Below, one piece after another: positions 23,442 through 36,800 of a stretch of DNA of 64,000 nt. The DNA lies in NCBI GenBank assembly GCA_003971905.1, contig RSEE01000021.1, positions 1 through 64,000 on the forward strand. Direction: 5' to 3'. Each line of letters starts with the position of its first letter. Within the stretch, counting starts at the first letter, position 1. A program made the position numbers and the translations under genes. A model generated the notes under the pieces. It saw only the letters and a list, made by a program, of their open reading frames with translations, was not told the origin of the DNA and searched no databases. Origin of the DNA: Moniliella sp. 'wahieum'. Its lineage: Eukaryota.

Positions 23442-25640
23442 ATGGCCTATCGCGACAGTGGTCCGTCGTTTCTCTGGGGCCTGAACCAGTTCCTGCCTCC
23501 ACGGACGGGTCCTCCAGCTCTGCGCCACCGCCCACCGCACCGTCTGGCCAGCCCGCCGCGAGCCCCAACCCGTCGGCTGTCCGCCCCGCTGCGGCCGCGG
23601 CCGGGATGCCCGGCCGCAAGCGCCTGCCACCAGCCCCACCGCCTTCAACCTCGACACGCTGTCGCCTGACACGGCGTACTTCACCGACCAGCTCGCCCTC
23701 TGGACCAATGCGTCCTTCTCCTTTGACGGCCCCACGGGCCATGCGCTGATTGCGGAGGAGGACAAGGAGAAGGAGAAGGGCGGCAGGAAAAAGAAAAGGA
23801 AGAGGAAGAGGCGACTGCCGCCTCGCTCGTCTCTCCGCCTGGCCTGGGCGCCGACGCAGAGCGCTACGCGGAGCAGGAGCGCCGGCTCCAGCGCGACCGT
23901 TCGCGCTACAACCGCGAACCCTCGCGCCCGGCGCCCGAGCGGGCGCCGGCCGACGCTACGGTGGCCGCGCCGGGGTCGGGGCTGTGGCCGCAGGCGCTTG
24001 CCTCGCTGGTGGGTTCGGCGGCTGGGCAAAGCGGCGGTGCGGTGCCCGTGGCGACGCCCTCGCACGCAGGCCAGGCGGGAGGAGCGCAGCCAGCGCCAGC
24101 GGGCAGCAGCAGCAGCAGCAACAACAACAGCAACAGCAACAGCAGCTGCTGCTCTCTGCGCTGGGCTCGAACCCGCTTGCGCTGCTGCAGCTGAGCCAGC
24201 TGCTGGGCTCGCTCAACGCGCTGGGCGGGCTGTCGAACCTGCCGGGGCTCGGGGGGCTGGCGCTGGGGGGGCTGGGTGGCCTGGCGGGCTGCAGAGCGTG
24301 CCGGCGTTGCAGGGACTCCAAGGGCTGGCCAGCCTGGCTGGCCTGGCAGGGCTGCCGCACGGACAGGCACTGGGCCAGCCCTGCCGCGCAGGTCCCGCCG
24401 CCGCCGCCGCCGCAGCCACAGCCACAGCCAAGCACAGCGCAGCCGCAGCCGCAGCAGCCGCCGCTGCTGTCGCTGCTGCAGGCGCTGCAGAGGGGGCAGG
24501 CGGCCGCAGCGGTGCCGGCCAGTGCCGGGGCATCCAATCCGCTCGCGCAGCTGCTGAGCCAGCTCCAGCCGCCCGCCTCTCCCGCCGCCCCGCCCGCCTC
24601 TCCCGCCGCCCCGCCCGCCCCGCCCGCCAGCGGCCCCGACTGGCTCCAGCGCATGCTCGCCTCCTCCCTCGATGCCCCCTCGGCCGCTCGCGCCACTCCC
24701 ACCCCGCCCGCCGCCCCCCCCCGCCGTCTGTCTCCGCCTCTGCCTCTGCCGCACCACACGCCAGCCCTGCTTCTGACCATCCTCAGGGCCCACCGCAACC
24801 GCAACCGCAACTGCAGCCAGCCCCCCGCCGCTCCTCTTCCACCCGCCCCCTCCTCCTCCGCTTCCCCCACCTCAGTCGGCAACGCCAGCACCGTCCCCAC
24901 CGGTCCGTCGCCCCCCCGACGGAGCGCACCCCAGGCGGCACCGTCCACCCCGGCCCCCGCCACTTCCCGGTCCGGTCCGGCGCCAAGAAGAAGCGGGGCG
25001 CGTCGCGTGCGGTCCCGGTCCCGGCCGGCAGCAGCTCGGATGGCAGTGGCGAAGTCTCAGCTGCGCCTGCGAAGAGCAAGCGCGCGAGCCAAGGGGAGCA
25101 GCAGTGCGACCGCAGCGGCGGCAGCGCGTCGTTAGCGGCAGCGCATCGAGCTGACATGATTCGTCCACCATCCCACCGCTTGTGCTGGTGGACACGGGCA
25201 ATCCCGAAGCGGATGCAGAGGCGAATCGGCTTGCGATTATTGAGGAAGATAAGCGGCGGCGCAACACGGCGGCCAGTGCACGGTTCCGGTTCAAGAAAGA
25301 AGCAGCGTGAGGCGGCGCTGGAAGCGGACCACAAGGAGTTGCGCGACAGGGTGGAAGAGTTGGAGGCGGAGAATGCCAAGTTGCACCGGAGAATGGCTGG
25401 CTTCGCTCGTTCTTCACCTCGTCCGAGCCCGTGCGGCTGGCGACGAGGGCCCGTCGTTGCTGCCCTCGGGACCGGTGGTGGAGAACCCATCCTCGGCGCC
25501 GACTGTGCCGATTGGCACGGCGCGCCCTCCGCCCGGCGCAGGACGGCGCAGCGCTTCGCCCGCTGCTGCGTCGCCCACCGAGCGGAGGGACTCGACCTCC
25601 ACCCGTCTCAGCCAACAAGCGGACACGGGAAGACTGATCC
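23442..25640 (+). CDS. bZIP transcription factor, MetR/Cys-3/Zip1-like sulfur regulator (3' end approximate)
   Basis: N-terminal FTDQLALWTNASFSFD motif, a poly-Q tract, and the basic region EEDKRRRNTAASARFRFKKKQREAALE followed by a leucine zipper (LRDRVEELEAENAKL). Confidence 0.82.
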
Positions 25641-26729
25641 GGAGCACGAGCCAACCTGTGATCGAAAGGTGGAGGTTGGCCTAGGTGGGTGGTCGTGTCG
25701 CCTTGGCTCCGCTTGGCTCTTGACTCGACACCTGTCTCTTTCTCTCTCTATGTTTGTGCTTGTGTGCTTTTTTGTTCTACTGCAGCTCGGTCCTCCAACG
25801 GACCGGCTGAAGCGATACCCCACCCTCCAACAGGGGGGTTCTATCTCGATCGACCTGGTGTTGTGTTGGGCTTGGCTTGGCTTGGCCTGACGCAGGTTCC
25901 TACGCTCCGCGCCCGCCCCATCTTGACTTGGGCTTGGGTTTGGGTCGCGAGGTACAGTGTAACAGTATATTTGAACGAAACGTGTGCTGGATTCAAACGG
26001 TTGGGTGGGTGGGACCGGTTGGGATGGGATGGCCCTGGGGGCATGAAGAACGGCCGAATGCGGGTAGGAATCGTGCGGTAGTCATTCACGGCTGTAGACA
26101 GGTCAGCGACGGGGAGCGTCAACCGTGGACCATGAACCTAACGATCAAAGCAAAGTCGGGTGTACGGGGGCAGATCCTCGGCCATCGTCCTAGCCGTGGT
26201 TGGACACCGAGATGAGAGATGTGGGCCGTGGGTGCACCGACCGACCCCCGTGCGACGTGGTTGTGCCCGCCGCGCGTCTGGAGACCCTGGGCCCCAGCGT
26301 CTCTTTTGTTGCCCCTCCGAGCCGAGGGAGGAGCAACGACGGAGACGCACGCGAGGAAGGAGCAACCCTATCGCTGCTCCTTGCCCCGTCGATCGGCATC
26401 ACAGGCACGGGGCCACTGTTGGTTCAGGCCCGGTGGGGTTTGCCTATAGAGGACCTAGTGCCTACGCTGGGTAGGCTACATGCGCTCCTGCGCTGTACTG
26501 TGTTGCTGCTCGGACGCTCCTCCCAGCGCCCACCACCACCTTCCCCAATGCCAGCCCAGAGACGTGCGGCCCTGCCCCCCCTCGATGCGGGCGTGTGAGC
26601 TAACCCCCCCGTGTGGGACAGAGGCGAATAAAGGTCGCGCCAACCGGAGCGGAGGGACAATGGCTTGGAGCAGTGCCTCGCCTCGGCCACGAGGCCGTTC
26701 GTCAGTTTGACGCCTCGAGCCAGGCCAAG

Positions 26730-27310
26730 ATGGAAACGTGCGGAAGGAGTGGTACGCCGTCTGCGCCTCCCTCCTGCCCAGTCGGGACGTTTGTGTTGAC
26801 GTGCAGCTGTCTGAATCGCAACCACCTGTGGCTATGGGGCATCTGCTAAGCCACAAGGACTATGCTGCCTTTGTACGAGACCACGAGGCGTTAACCGAGC
26901 AGCTGCTGCGCAACGTGGCTGCCTTGCACGACGCATTGCAACAGGTCCGCGTCTCTCCGCTTGCCATCCACCTGCAAGTCGTCCCCTAGCATGTACTGAC
27001 TCCCAACTGGATGCGCAGTTTGCCCGGCCGAGCATGGCGGCCAACCAGGGTGCCAGCACGCAGCTTCCCGAAGCATACCATGTTCACCTGCAAAACCTGG
27101 CACTGCTGGCGCGTGGTGAGTCTGTCGGTCTGCCTCTGGCTCTGCCTGTGCCTCTGCCGCGCCATATCCATGCCGAGCTTCTGACCACTGCCATCAGGTA
27201 TCAACGATGCGTGCAAGGGAGCCGCACGTGCCTAGCCCGTCCCCCGCTTCTATGCATGCTTGGCACCAAGCCAACGAGAATGAGGCTGCCCCGACGTGGG
27301 AACAGATGAG
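26730..27310 (+). CDS. Small multi-exon hypothetical protein
   Basis: Three GT...(CTGAC/TTGAC)...CAG intron-like segments join helical-looking exons (DYAAFVRDHEALTEQLLRNVAALHDALQQ / EAYHVHLQNLALLA). No family recognised. Confidence 0.45.
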
Positions 27311-27377
27311 TGTGCGATATCGGTAGATCCACAGACAGGACCGTACAGGAGCTTAGAGGAAAAGACAGGTGGGCAGG

Positions 27378-28768
27378 TTAAGTAACCAGCACGCTCCACG
27401 GATGGGGGATCTTGCCGTATTGGATGCCCATGATGGTGTTGAGCATGGCCTTGGCCACGGCGCCCAGGCCATCGGGGCCGACGGGAACATGAATGTCTTT
27501 TCCCTGGAATCCAAGCCGGTCCACGGGACTGACAATGGCCGCGGTGCCCGCGCCAAAGATTTCCACCAGACGGCCCTCTTGGCTCGCCTGGAGCACCTCG
27601 CCATATTGATCTCCCGCTCGCTCACCTTGAGCTCCTTGGCAGGCGGAAGCCCCTCCACCTCCATCTCTCCCTTGACGTGGGCCCGGGCCAGGTCGAGGAT
27701 GGAATCGCGCGTGACACCAGCCAAGATCATGCCGTTCAGAGGCGGGGTGACCAGCTCGGTCGCTGGAAAGCAAAACACACACACACACACACACACACAC
27801 GTTAGCTTAGCGCCAGCAGCGTCCCTGGACGAAGGCAAGGTACGTACTTCCATCAGCCTGCTTGAGCACGACAAACAAGTTCATCGTTCCGACCTCGGTG
27901 AGCCAGTGTTCCGGGCCAAAGAGCCAGAGGTTTTGTTGGTAGCCGCGGGCGGCGGCTTGCATCTGTGGCTGTACGCCCGGCGCATAGTTGGCGCCCAACT
28001 TGTACTCGCCCGTGCCGCCGGGCCAGGCGCGCACCTTGGACGGGTCAGCTTCGAGCGCGACGGGCTTGTACCCCGTCTCGTAGTACGGACCCACAGGGCT
28101 CGCAATGACAAAGAGGAGTGCGTCCTTGGGGGGTGCACGCCCAAGGCCGCTTCGGTGCCAATCATCGCAGGCCGGATGTAGAGCGAGGTACCGGGCTTGC
28201 TCGGCACCCAGGCTGCGTCCTTGCGAAGCATCTGCTTGATCAGCTCGGTAAACTGGTCCGCATCGGGCACCTGGCAGGAGAGACGAAAAAAAAATGTCAG
28301 TAAGTCGATCGTCTGGTCGTCGGGGCGGGAGCAACGGCGCTTCGTACCGGAAGAGCAAGCCGAGCGGCACTCTTTTGCAAGCGCGCCATGTTCTTGTCGG
28401 GGCGGAAAAGACGGACATGGCCCTGAGCATCCTTGTAGGCCTTCATGCCCTCAAAGAGCGAGGGCGCATAGTGGAAGATGGTAGCGCTCGGGTCGAGCAC
28501 AAGGGGGCCATACGGCTTGATCTCGGGCGCGTCCCATCCGGTGGTCGCGTTCCACTTGGCACTGACCATGTGGTCGGTAAACTCCTTGCCAAATTTGAGG
28601 TTGTTGGGGTCGGGCAGCGGCTTGGGCGAGGTGGTGGTGGTGACCTTGGTCTGCGATGCGTCGAGCGAGGCGAGCAGGCACGCTGGTGCTGAGCAGCCTG
28701 TGCGGCAGCGCCAGGGGCAGCGAGCGCGGTGCGGCGAGCGCGGCGCGAGGGAGGGAGCGGAGGAGCAT
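27378..28768 (-). CDS. BAT1: Branched-chain amino acid aminotransferase, likely mitochondrial (2 introns)
   Basis: [68 protein letters not shown]; Arg/Ala/Leu-rich presequence [11 protein letters not shown]. Confidence 0.95.
27774..27800. repeat. (AC)n microsatellite in a BCAT intron
   Basis: About 13 AC units. Confidence 0.9.
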
Positions 28769-29520
28769 GGAGGCGGTGGGGGGGATGGCGGGGGGATGGT
28801 GGGTCGGAGGGCGGACAGGGTGCGGCGGAGATGGGGCAGGACGAAGCGCGGTGAAGCTGGTTATGCGCACGAGGCTTCGCCGTTCCATTTGTAGCGCAGC
28901 AGCTGTCCACGCCGAGTCACAGCAGCCACACTGTGCCTGTGCGCATCTCCGGCACGGTCCACTGAACGTCGGATGTACGGATGGCCAACCAGGCCAGAGC
29001 CATGACAGGGCGCCCTGAACATTTCATGTCAAACTGCGCAAGCGGCGGCAGTTCCTAGTGCCGCCCAGCGTGCACTCGTGTGATGTGCATCGCAGGCTGC
29101 GCGTCCCGTGACCCATGTCAGTGACTGCCCCACTCGTTGGGCTCTTTCCCTGGCAGCCTGCGGCGCACCCACCAACCCCATTGCTGGTCGGCTTCGTCTG
29201 CCACCACCGTCACCAGTGCGGTTGCATCACCCTCGGGGGCCATCCGGACGACGAACGTCATCCATGCTTCCAAGAGGGATTGGGGGCCGGGGGAGGCAGT
29301 CAAGGCAGAGAGCCATTCCTGTGTCGCGGTCACCGATCCAGAACCCCGTGCTTGGAAGCGACCACCGGCGGGCCACCTGCAACGTTGAAACGTTGCCTTA
29401 GCTAACCTGGCCCAGTGAGAACGCCGTCCCACTGTGTGAGACTGGCCGGGCCAGCAGGCGCCGAGCGCCGCTGTGGGACCACCACCACATCCCGGCAGCC
29501 CGGCGTGCGATCCCGTCGCA

Positions 29521-30583
29521 ATGGTGAGTTTGTCCTCGGTTGCGCAGCTGCCTGGGCAGGACGAGGAGGTGCGCATTGCCCACGACCCGCACTCGCAGGA
29601 TGCGGGCATCTACATCTCGGGTGTGCTGCGCAAGCAGGCCGCCAGCACCCACACGGCCATCCCGCCCGGAGCGACGGGCCGCAAACGCGTAGCGCTCATC
29701 CTCCACGGCGTCCAAGCGCACAAGAACCAGACCTACCACCGTGCTTTGGCCGGCGCGTTGCCGATTGATTCGCTGCGCATCGACTTTCGTGGGAACGGCG
29801 CGTCGTCCGGCGGGCCGTATGACCCGGCGCCGCACCTGTCGGCCAAGGTCGAGTGGGACTATGGCTCGATGGCGCCCGAGGTGCGCGACGTGCGCCGTGC
29901 GCTCCAATGGCTCGCCACTGAGCGCGGGTACATTGTGGACCTGGTCATTGCCCACTCGCGCGGGTGTGCAGTGATGTGGGAGTACTTTACCGAGCCGGAA
30001 CCGTTGGCGCACCAAGGCTACCTGCCCTTTTATGTGTCGGTCAGCGGTCGCTTTGACCAACGAGCTCAACTGCGTGCGTGTTAGTTGTCCCTGCTGGGTG
30101 GGGGTGGCGCTTGGCTAACGTGCATTTCGTGAAAAACCTGGGTGTGGGATAGAAAATTCAAGACGCTCAAGCCGGGCGGGACGTACGATGGGTGGTACCG
30201 ATTGGCCAGGGCGGCGTGCAGAAGCACATTGTCACGTACGAAAGTGTCCAGCGCGCCGCGCACCAGCCTACGCCGCAACAAGCCGCCCGTTCCCCCTGCA
30301 AAGTACGAGCGTGCTGTTGGTGCATGGTGACCATGACACTGTGGTGCCCCCCCAAGATGCACTGCAGTTTTACGATCTGCTGCGGGAGCGCCAAGCCCGC
30401 CTCGGCGGTGCCGCCGCCGCCGATCCGTCCCGGCTGGCCTTGCACATGGTCAAGCATGCCGACCACAACTTTCTCAACGTTGTCACTGACCAGCCCATCA
30501 CTCTCTTCGATGACCTGATCACCACCATCCTAACCTGGTACACGCAGCGAGCTGGTATCCCATGCGGCCAATCGTCTCTGTAA
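29521..30583 (+). CDS. Alpha/beta hydrolase (esterase-like), one intron
   Basis: ILHG...LRIDFRGNG, nucleophile AHSRG, LLVHGDHDTVV (Asp) and HADHNF (His). Confidence 0.88.
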
Positions 30584-31426
30584 CCCCCGCTCTGCGCTGC
30601 ATCATCCAACCCAGCGCAAGATGGTACGGCATTACGTGCTGGCACCACGTGGCCCTGTCTAGCAGTTGAGGTTAGGCCGACTGGTTGGGCTATGTCAATG
30701 CACTGCATCAATCTTATGGAACGAAGAGGTGGTACCAGCCAAAAGACGTGGGACTGGATGGAAAGGCGGTAGGAGTTCGGGTAAGTTACTATTGATTGTT
30801 CCTGGAATGTAGTTGAAAAGACCAGAGTTGGGGGCGGGATGGGGTCTCGCCTCTCCTCGGATGCGGGGGTAGATGACGAGGGCGAACGGAAGGGGAGGGG
30901 CAAAGGGAACGTCCAATCCATGGTCCCAATCGACCACCCCTGTGTGTTGGACGCGCTCCGTTTCAGGCTAACCAGACTCACCGGGAACCGGGAACCACGG
31001 TAAATGTACATCGCATCAAGCTTCAAGCTTCATGACCCAGGACAGAAAGAACAGCCGGGGAGGAGGGGGGGGGGGGGGGGGCAGTGTTTGACGTGTGGTA
31101 TTGGCCAAAGGGGAGGATGTGCGGACATGATGACAGAGGGCGGGATCGAACAGATGCGATCGACGAGAAGAAACGGGGGCGACAAAGGGAAGAGGAAAGA
31201 AAAAGAAGGGAAGGAAAGAGAAGGGAAGGGAAAGGCAAGCCTAGCTCCCTCGACCGACGTCGCGGAGCGAGTCCGAGTCGGACCTGGTTTGGGGGAACGG
31301 AGGCGGGGCGGGGAACGAGGGTCGTTTGAGAAATGGACGAGACCGAGACGTGCCCTAGAGCAGCCATGGAGGCGACCCAGGGGGGGGAGGGGGGATGGGA
31401 TAGCATTGGTTGACCCCATTTTGGCG

Positions 31427-32074
31427 TTACAAGAACAATACAGCATCCAGAGCTTTCGGACGACCGCGTCCGACCCCTCCCCTTTTCGCCTGACCGAATG
31501 GCCGCGGCAGTGGCTGGGCCTTGTTGAATGTCCTGATCGCGGACAACAATGGCAGCGCGTGTGGCCGCTTCAAACACGGCATCGACACCTTCGTTGTGGA
31601 GCGCCGACGTTTCGAGGTAGACCTTGGCACCGATCGTCTTGGCCATGTCCTGTCCCTGCTTTTTGGTCACGCAGCTGTCGGGTGAAGGAGACTGGTCGCG
31701 CAAGTCGCGCTTGCACCCGACGAGGAGGACGGGGATGCGCGGGCCGCAGATCTGACGCACCTCGTCGTTCCACTTGTACCGCACATTCTCAAGGCTGTCA
31801 GGTGTGTCAAGGGCAAAGGCAATGAGGATGACGTGGGCATGGGAGCTCAAGGGACGCAAGCGCTCATACTCCTCTTGGCCAGCCGTGTCCCAGAGGGCGA
31901 GGAGAATGGGTTTGCCGTCAAGACGGATCTCGGCGACATAGTTCTCGAAGATGGTGGGTTGGTACTGGTGCGGGAACTCGCCCAGGGCAAGACACACAGC
32001 AACGACGTCTTGCCGCACGCACCATCGCCGACGATAACCAGCTTGCGGCGAATGGCAGCGGGCACGGGCGGCAT
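31427..32074 (-). CDS. RHO2: Rho-family small GTPase (Rho2-like)
   Basis: IRRKLVIVGDGACGKTSLL, LGEFP..Y.PTIFENYV, LALWDTAGQEEYERLRPLS, LVGCKRDLR, CCIVL CAAX end. Confidence 0.9.
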
Positions 32075-33854
32075 GGCAGAGACACAAGGCGGCGGGGGGA
32101 GGGGGAGAGGTGGGGCGTTGTGTGCACGAGCGAGGCCGGAGCAGCAGGTGGCGGTGGTGGCCGGGGCGGCGGCGAGGGCGAGGGTGAGGGGAGGGAAGAC
32201 GGTGCTGGGCGTAGGCAACCCACGCCCAACGCCAAGCACCTCGGCGGACACGTTCGAGCCAACGCCACGCAGCGACGGGCCCCACGTCGGGCCGTCTGAT
32301 CTGGCCGGCGCGGGCTCCGCTGGCGGAGCTGCTCTGCTGTGCTCGTCTCTGCGCTGCTCTCGGGTGGGTGATGCACGTGCTGGTGGGCCAGCTGACGCGT
32401 GACGCGTCCGCCCACGCGGCAGACGCAGTGCGGATCACCGGTCACCCAGCACACCCACTCGGCCGGCCACCGGCACGACGCCGCGGTGGAGCGCACTGGG
32501 CCTAACCCTAGCACGGGGATCGTGCGTGCTACGTGCGGCCACCGGGGTCACCGGTCACCGGTCACCCGTCCGTCTGGCCACTTTCGACACGCGGTGGTCC
32601 CCAGGCAGCGCGACCTGTTTTGGGCCGCTCCTCCTCCAGGCCTTGGAGTTCCGTTGTTTTCTCTCTCGCGTTTTCCTTGTTCCGCAGCTGAGCCCCTGGA
32701 GGCGACTTCCTATAGGCGTTGCTACCACCATCAGGGCAATTATCACTTCTACAGTCCTTGCAGATGGACGACGGTTCGTGCAAGGCGATGGCATTGGCAC
32801 TGTGTCTCTGTCTATATCCATACCACGTCCATTTCATTGACAGAGCTTAAGGCTGGGACAGGGGGAACGCTATGTCTAAACCTAACCGTTCATCTTGCGG
32901 GGGTTACTTGGAAGCGCCACCAAGATTAAGGAACTAGGGGAATCGCCAGGATATCAGGACCCTCCGGTTCTCGCCATCCGGTCCCGTACCCTAGGAAGCG
33001 CGTGTGGACACGGATGAACGTGGTTGACATCCGAGCGAGGAACCATTTCCACTGAGATGATATACCTACTATAGTAATACCGCGGCTCTCCCCCATCCGT
33101 TCCACTCCCCAATCCTTCTATTTTGCTTCTTTTCCTTATAACTTGGTAAGTGCGTACCAGCTTTCGATGGCCGGGATGGAGAATTTGGTCGTGGCGTGGG
33201 GTCATGGCACTGGCTAGCGGCTGGACCGCATGGCTGACATTTCTCGCCTTGTTACGGACGCTAATAGTAGCTACAAATTTTTGTCCAACAGTATCAAGCA
33301 TGGCATGCTGTCTCATAATAGCTACCACCTACTAGTACTTAGTAGTAGTACCGTTGCCCCGTGGCTGGCTATGTCTTCTTCAGTTAGCTCTAGTACTCAG
33401 AAAAAAGGGTTTCTCTTCTTCTTGTCGCAACGTCTGTTTTTGCCTTACCACCACCAGGATACCGCTCCCGCTTATACTCGGTACTCCTCTCTCTCTCTCT
33501 CCGCTGTATTCGCTGTCTGCATCGTATATATTGAATAATAGATACTGTTGTGTCTCGCTTGCGTTCTGGCATACTTGCGTCGCTACACTGCGACTAGAAG
33601 AATTCAGTGAATTTCGCTGTAGTTTTCATTGGAATATACCGACTTGGTATCAAGCTACGAGAGTAAATAAGAGAATGTGAAAAAGTTGGGAGTGAAAAGA
33701 GGAAAAGATAAAAGGGGGGTTGAAGAGGAGGGAAAAGTGAGAACCAATAAACATTTGCAATAAATAACCCCAAAGAAAAAGAGTGGTTGGTAGTGCTAGT
33801 AGTGAATCTCGTGCTGAGGTGACCAACAATGAAGGCCGGAAAGTAAAAGGACCA

Positions 33855-36800
33855 TTAGGATTGGAAGATGAAAGATCGTTGTGTTCCTTGTATAGTGTCT
33901 GCTCATCAATGGTTGCACCGTCCGAAGAACGAATGAAGCGGGAGGTGGTGTCACAGTCGGGGCTAAGGCGAGGGAGACCAGGATCGGACTAGGCCAAGGG
34001 GTGTAGCAATCGTTCGTGGGGAAGAAGCAAGAACAGAGGACATGGTGCGAAGTGGAAGGAACAGGGAAGGAGCGAGACGCTCGAGACGAAGAAATTGGAA
34101 ATGGGACGAGATCAGCCAAACTATGACATTGCCCCCTTTCAGACCTCATCTCCCGGCGGCGACGGAGGCGAGAGAGGGCGAGTCGGCGGGCATGGGAGAC
34201 AGGCTTATCGGGGTAGAGGGCGTGGAAACGGATCACTGGCTCGGCGTCATGAGACATGTCCGCAGCGGGTACCCACTCCCGCTCGTGGACAGGATAGCCC
34301 CGGAAGTGAACAAAGTACTCAATGCGGAAGCGGCCACCACGACCCTTGCGGCGAGAGTCGAGGACATGTTCAACCTCGTGATGAACCGCACCATCATCAG
34401 CATACTCGGGAGAGGAGGCGGGGGCTCAATCAAGCGGGCAGGGACCACGTCACCAGGGGTAGGCTCGCAAGCGGGACACATGGAACACGTCATGGAGGTG
34501 TAGGTAGTCGGGGAGGCGGACCTGGTATGCGGCGCGGCCCACGGCGCGGACAATGGGAAAGGGGCCGAGGTAGCGATAGTCGAGGCCGTCAGAAGGCCGC
34601 TGGCTGGCCACATAGCCGTCCCGACGGAGCAAGACAGGCTGGCCAGCAGTGAAGGAAGCCGCCTCGGTGCGCTGCTGATCGGCATAATGCTTGTAGCGGT
34701 CTTGGGCCGCGGCGAGCGTGCGGCGGGCCACCGCCTGGGCCGAGCGCAAGTCCTCCAAATATGACGCAGCATCGGGCACGGGCGAAGTGGAGGGCTCCAA
34801 CTCCCCCCGGGGAGAGTAACCATAGGTGAGGACAAAGGGGGACTGGTGGGTGCTCGAGTGGGGGACGAGTTGTAGGCGAATTCGGCCGTGGGGAGGAGTC
34901 GAACCAGTTGGACTGCTGCTCGTCGAGGTAGCAGCGGAGGTACTGTTCGAGGATCTGGTTGTGAGTCGCTCAGTCTGGCCGTCCGTCTGGGGTGGTACGC
35001 GGTGCTGAGGCTCGACTTGATGCCCAAGTCGGCACACAAGGCTTGCCAGAAGTGGCTTGTGAAGGTCGGTCCCCGATCACTCACCAGATCCCGAGGAAGG
35101 CCATGGTAGCGAAAGACATGGTGTACAAACTGGCGTGCGAGCTGGGGCGCAGTGTCCGTCGTGTGGGCGGGAATGAAGTGACCCATTTTGGTAAAACGAT
35201 CCACCACCACCAGAATCGCGTCGTAACCATTGGATCGGGGAAGCTGGGTAATGTGGTCCATCGTCAAGTGGGTCCAGGGGCCTTGGGGAGGGGAAGGGGC
35301 TGAAGGAGTCCAGCGGGTTGGTGGCGAGGCGCTTTGGTCCGTTGACAGCGGTCGCACGAGCGCACGTAGGCCCACACGTCGGCTGACAGGCGGGGCCACC
35401 AATATTGAGCGCGGACACGGGCCAACGTCTTGTCGCGCCCTTCATGGCCCGCCAATGCCGAGTCGTGGGCTTGGTGGAGAATGGCAGCACGGATCGGCGG
35501 GTCGCTGGGAACGTAGACCTGGTTTCCGTGCCACAAAAGGCCGTCGCGGGCCGTCAAAGCATGGCGGGTGGGCGTGGAGCCGTAGCAAGGGACCAACGAG
35601 GGTCACGAGGCACGAGTTGGCGGATGCGCTGTCGAATCTGTCGGCAGACACTCGCCCCACCACCGGCGTAACGGGGTCCGCCGCCATGAGCTCGAGGGCG
35701 GCGGCAGAACGTTCGGACATGGGCTCCACCAGTACTTGAGGTGCCGCGTCAGCGGGCCGGGACCCCTCCGCGAGGTCGGGACGGCGCGACAACCCGTCGG
35801 CTGCACCATTCTTCTGCCCGGCACGGTACACCATAGCAAGGCGGTAGGGGGACAGGGTCTGGCGCCATCGGCCCTGGGCGGCGGTTCAACAGGCGGGGGC
35901 GGCGGAACGTAGCAATGGCCTCGTGGTCCGTAAGCACTTGGACAGTCTCAACACTTTCGACGTAATGGCGCCACACCTCCACGGCGGCCACGATGGCCAG
36001 CACCTCCTTTTCGGACGTAGTATAGTTCAGCTCGGCCGCGGTGAACTTGCGAGAATGGAAGGCGACCGGCCGCCAACGACCGTGAACATCCTGCTGGGCG
36101 AGCACCGCACCAAGCGCCGCGTCCGACGCGTCAGTCTCGAGGCGAAGGGGCGAGTGGGATCAAAGTGGCAGAGGAGGTGGGGCGAGGCAAAGACGCGCTT
36201 GAGCTCGGCAAATGCCGCTTCGCAGGCTGGGGTCCAAGAAAAGCGCTGGTCCTTGCGTGTCAGGTCGGACAGGGGGCTGAGATACGGGCAAAAGAACGAC
36301 GAAGTGACGGTAGTAGTTGGCGAAGCCGAGGAAGACTTGAACTTGGCGAGAGGTTCTGGGTGTTGGCCACGACCGAATCGACTCAACCTTGGACGGGTCC
36401 ATCCCGATCCCGTCAGGCGAAACGACGTAGCCCAGGTACTCGGTGCGGCGTGTGTGGAACTGACACTTGTCGGGATTGAGGTAGAACTTGGCCAGCTGCA
36501 GACGCCGGAGGACCTCGGCAACGTGGCGCTCGTGCTCCATCTCATTAGTCGAGAAGATGAGGATGTCGTCGAGGTATGCCAGTACCGAGACGTCGAGGAG
36601 ATCGCGGAGGAGGTCGTTCATCACAGCTTGGAAGGTGGCAGGGGCGTTGCAAAGGCCAAACGGCATAACAAGGGATTCAAAGTGTCCGTACCGAGTGCGG
36701 AAGGCAGTCTTACTCTCGTCGCCTTCTCTCACCGCAACAATTATACGCCCCACGGAGGTCAAGCTTGGTGAAGATGCGGGCCCCCGAGAGGCGGTCCAAC

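Noticed and set aside
17780..25890. Long alternative-frame or antisense ORFs (for example 17780-18853 and 23998-25890) as separate genes
   Set aside because: Expected in very GC-rich DNA; they are shadows or indel-joined pieces of the kinase and bZIP genes.
32830..33010. Conserved ncRNA shared with 42030-42210
   Set aside because: The similarity is explained by the segmental duplication, is lower than in the coding regions, and shows no recognisable RNA motifs.
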